From Hydrolagus affinis (taxonomy: Eukaryota): a DNA stretch of 64,000 nucleotides. Of the stretch, positions 63,571 to 64,000 are shown one piece after another (positions within the stretch are counted from its first letter, which is position 1; every line of letters starts with the position of its first letter). Made by a program: the position numbers and the translations under genes. The stretch is from positions 1 to 64,000 of the forward strand of contig JAAILG010000025.1 in NCBI GenBank assembly GCA_012026655.1. The letters are read 5' to 3'. Under the pieces are notes generated by a model that was not told where the DNA came from, made no database searches, and was given only the letters and a program-made list of their open reading frames with translations.

Positions 63571-63835
63571 AACAACTACAACAACGTGCATTTATGTAGC
63601 GCCCTCCACTCCAGATGTTGCCTCAGAGCGCTTCACAAAAGCGGTTGGAGTATTTTAGGGACAGGTCGGGTAGGTGTAGGTGGAGGAGGTGAGAGCTGCG
63701 GGACTGAAGAAGTCAATGAGAGCCAGAGTATGGCTTCCGTCTTGTCAATGTTTAGCCACCGGAAGTTTGCGCTCATCCAGCTCTTGATGTCTGACCGACA
63801 AGCTGACAGAACATCAGGGACTGGGGGGATCGCAA
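63571..63835 (-). mobile_element. Internally deleted L2 (RT-domain piece joined to the 3' tail)
   Basis: The minus ORF encodes LSACRSDIKSWMSANFRWLNIDKTEAI, matching the L2 RT motif LxxCLxDIxxWMxxNFLxLNxxKTE. The tail gaagcgctctgagg..gagggcgctacataaatgcacgttgttg follows about 100 bp later. Confidence 0.88.
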
Positions 63836-64000
63836 TTTGAGGTGGAAAAGTAGATTTAAGTGTCACCTGCATGCATACATGTGGAAATTTAATAAGAAAG
63901 AGAAATGATGATAATCAATGAAGGTGTTACTGTAGGACTTTCTGAGGTTCTGCAGAACAGGGGGTGTGGGCACTATTTATGTTGCCACTGTACTCACTGG

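Overview
AT-rich, non-coding-looking vertebrate genomic DNA, probably the inside of a large intron or an intergenic region. It contains one 100-N assembly gap at 5658-5757. I could not support any host protein-coding exon, rRNA gene or true tRNA gene. The supplied ORFs are either chance frames or translations of repeats. The window is dominated by retroposon debris: (A) about 25 copies or fragments of one tRNA-derived SINE with an (ATT)n tail, four of them full length; (B) older Deu-domain SINEs resembling SacSINE1/AmnSINE1; (C) several very old copies of another SINE-like family that I cannot name; (D) many L2-clade LINE 3' ends with (TTG)n or (TTGA)n tails; and CR1 and RTE fossils plus Tc1/mariner-type MITEs. 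This repeat mix suggests a cartilaginous fish, possibly a chimaera such as Callorhinchus (inference only). The most notable observations are: a 3' stem-loop kept by compensatory changes across the SINE and two L2 tail types; two independent insertions at almost the same position of the SINE tail; an apparent DeuSINE-to-young-SINE series; internally deleted L2 copies; a probable full-length LINE collapsed in the gap, with a double YY1-like palindrome at its presumed 5' end; and an isolated 25-bp-arm hairpin at 46286-46364. I found no convincing novel gene system. All coordinates and family assignments were made by eye and are approximate.
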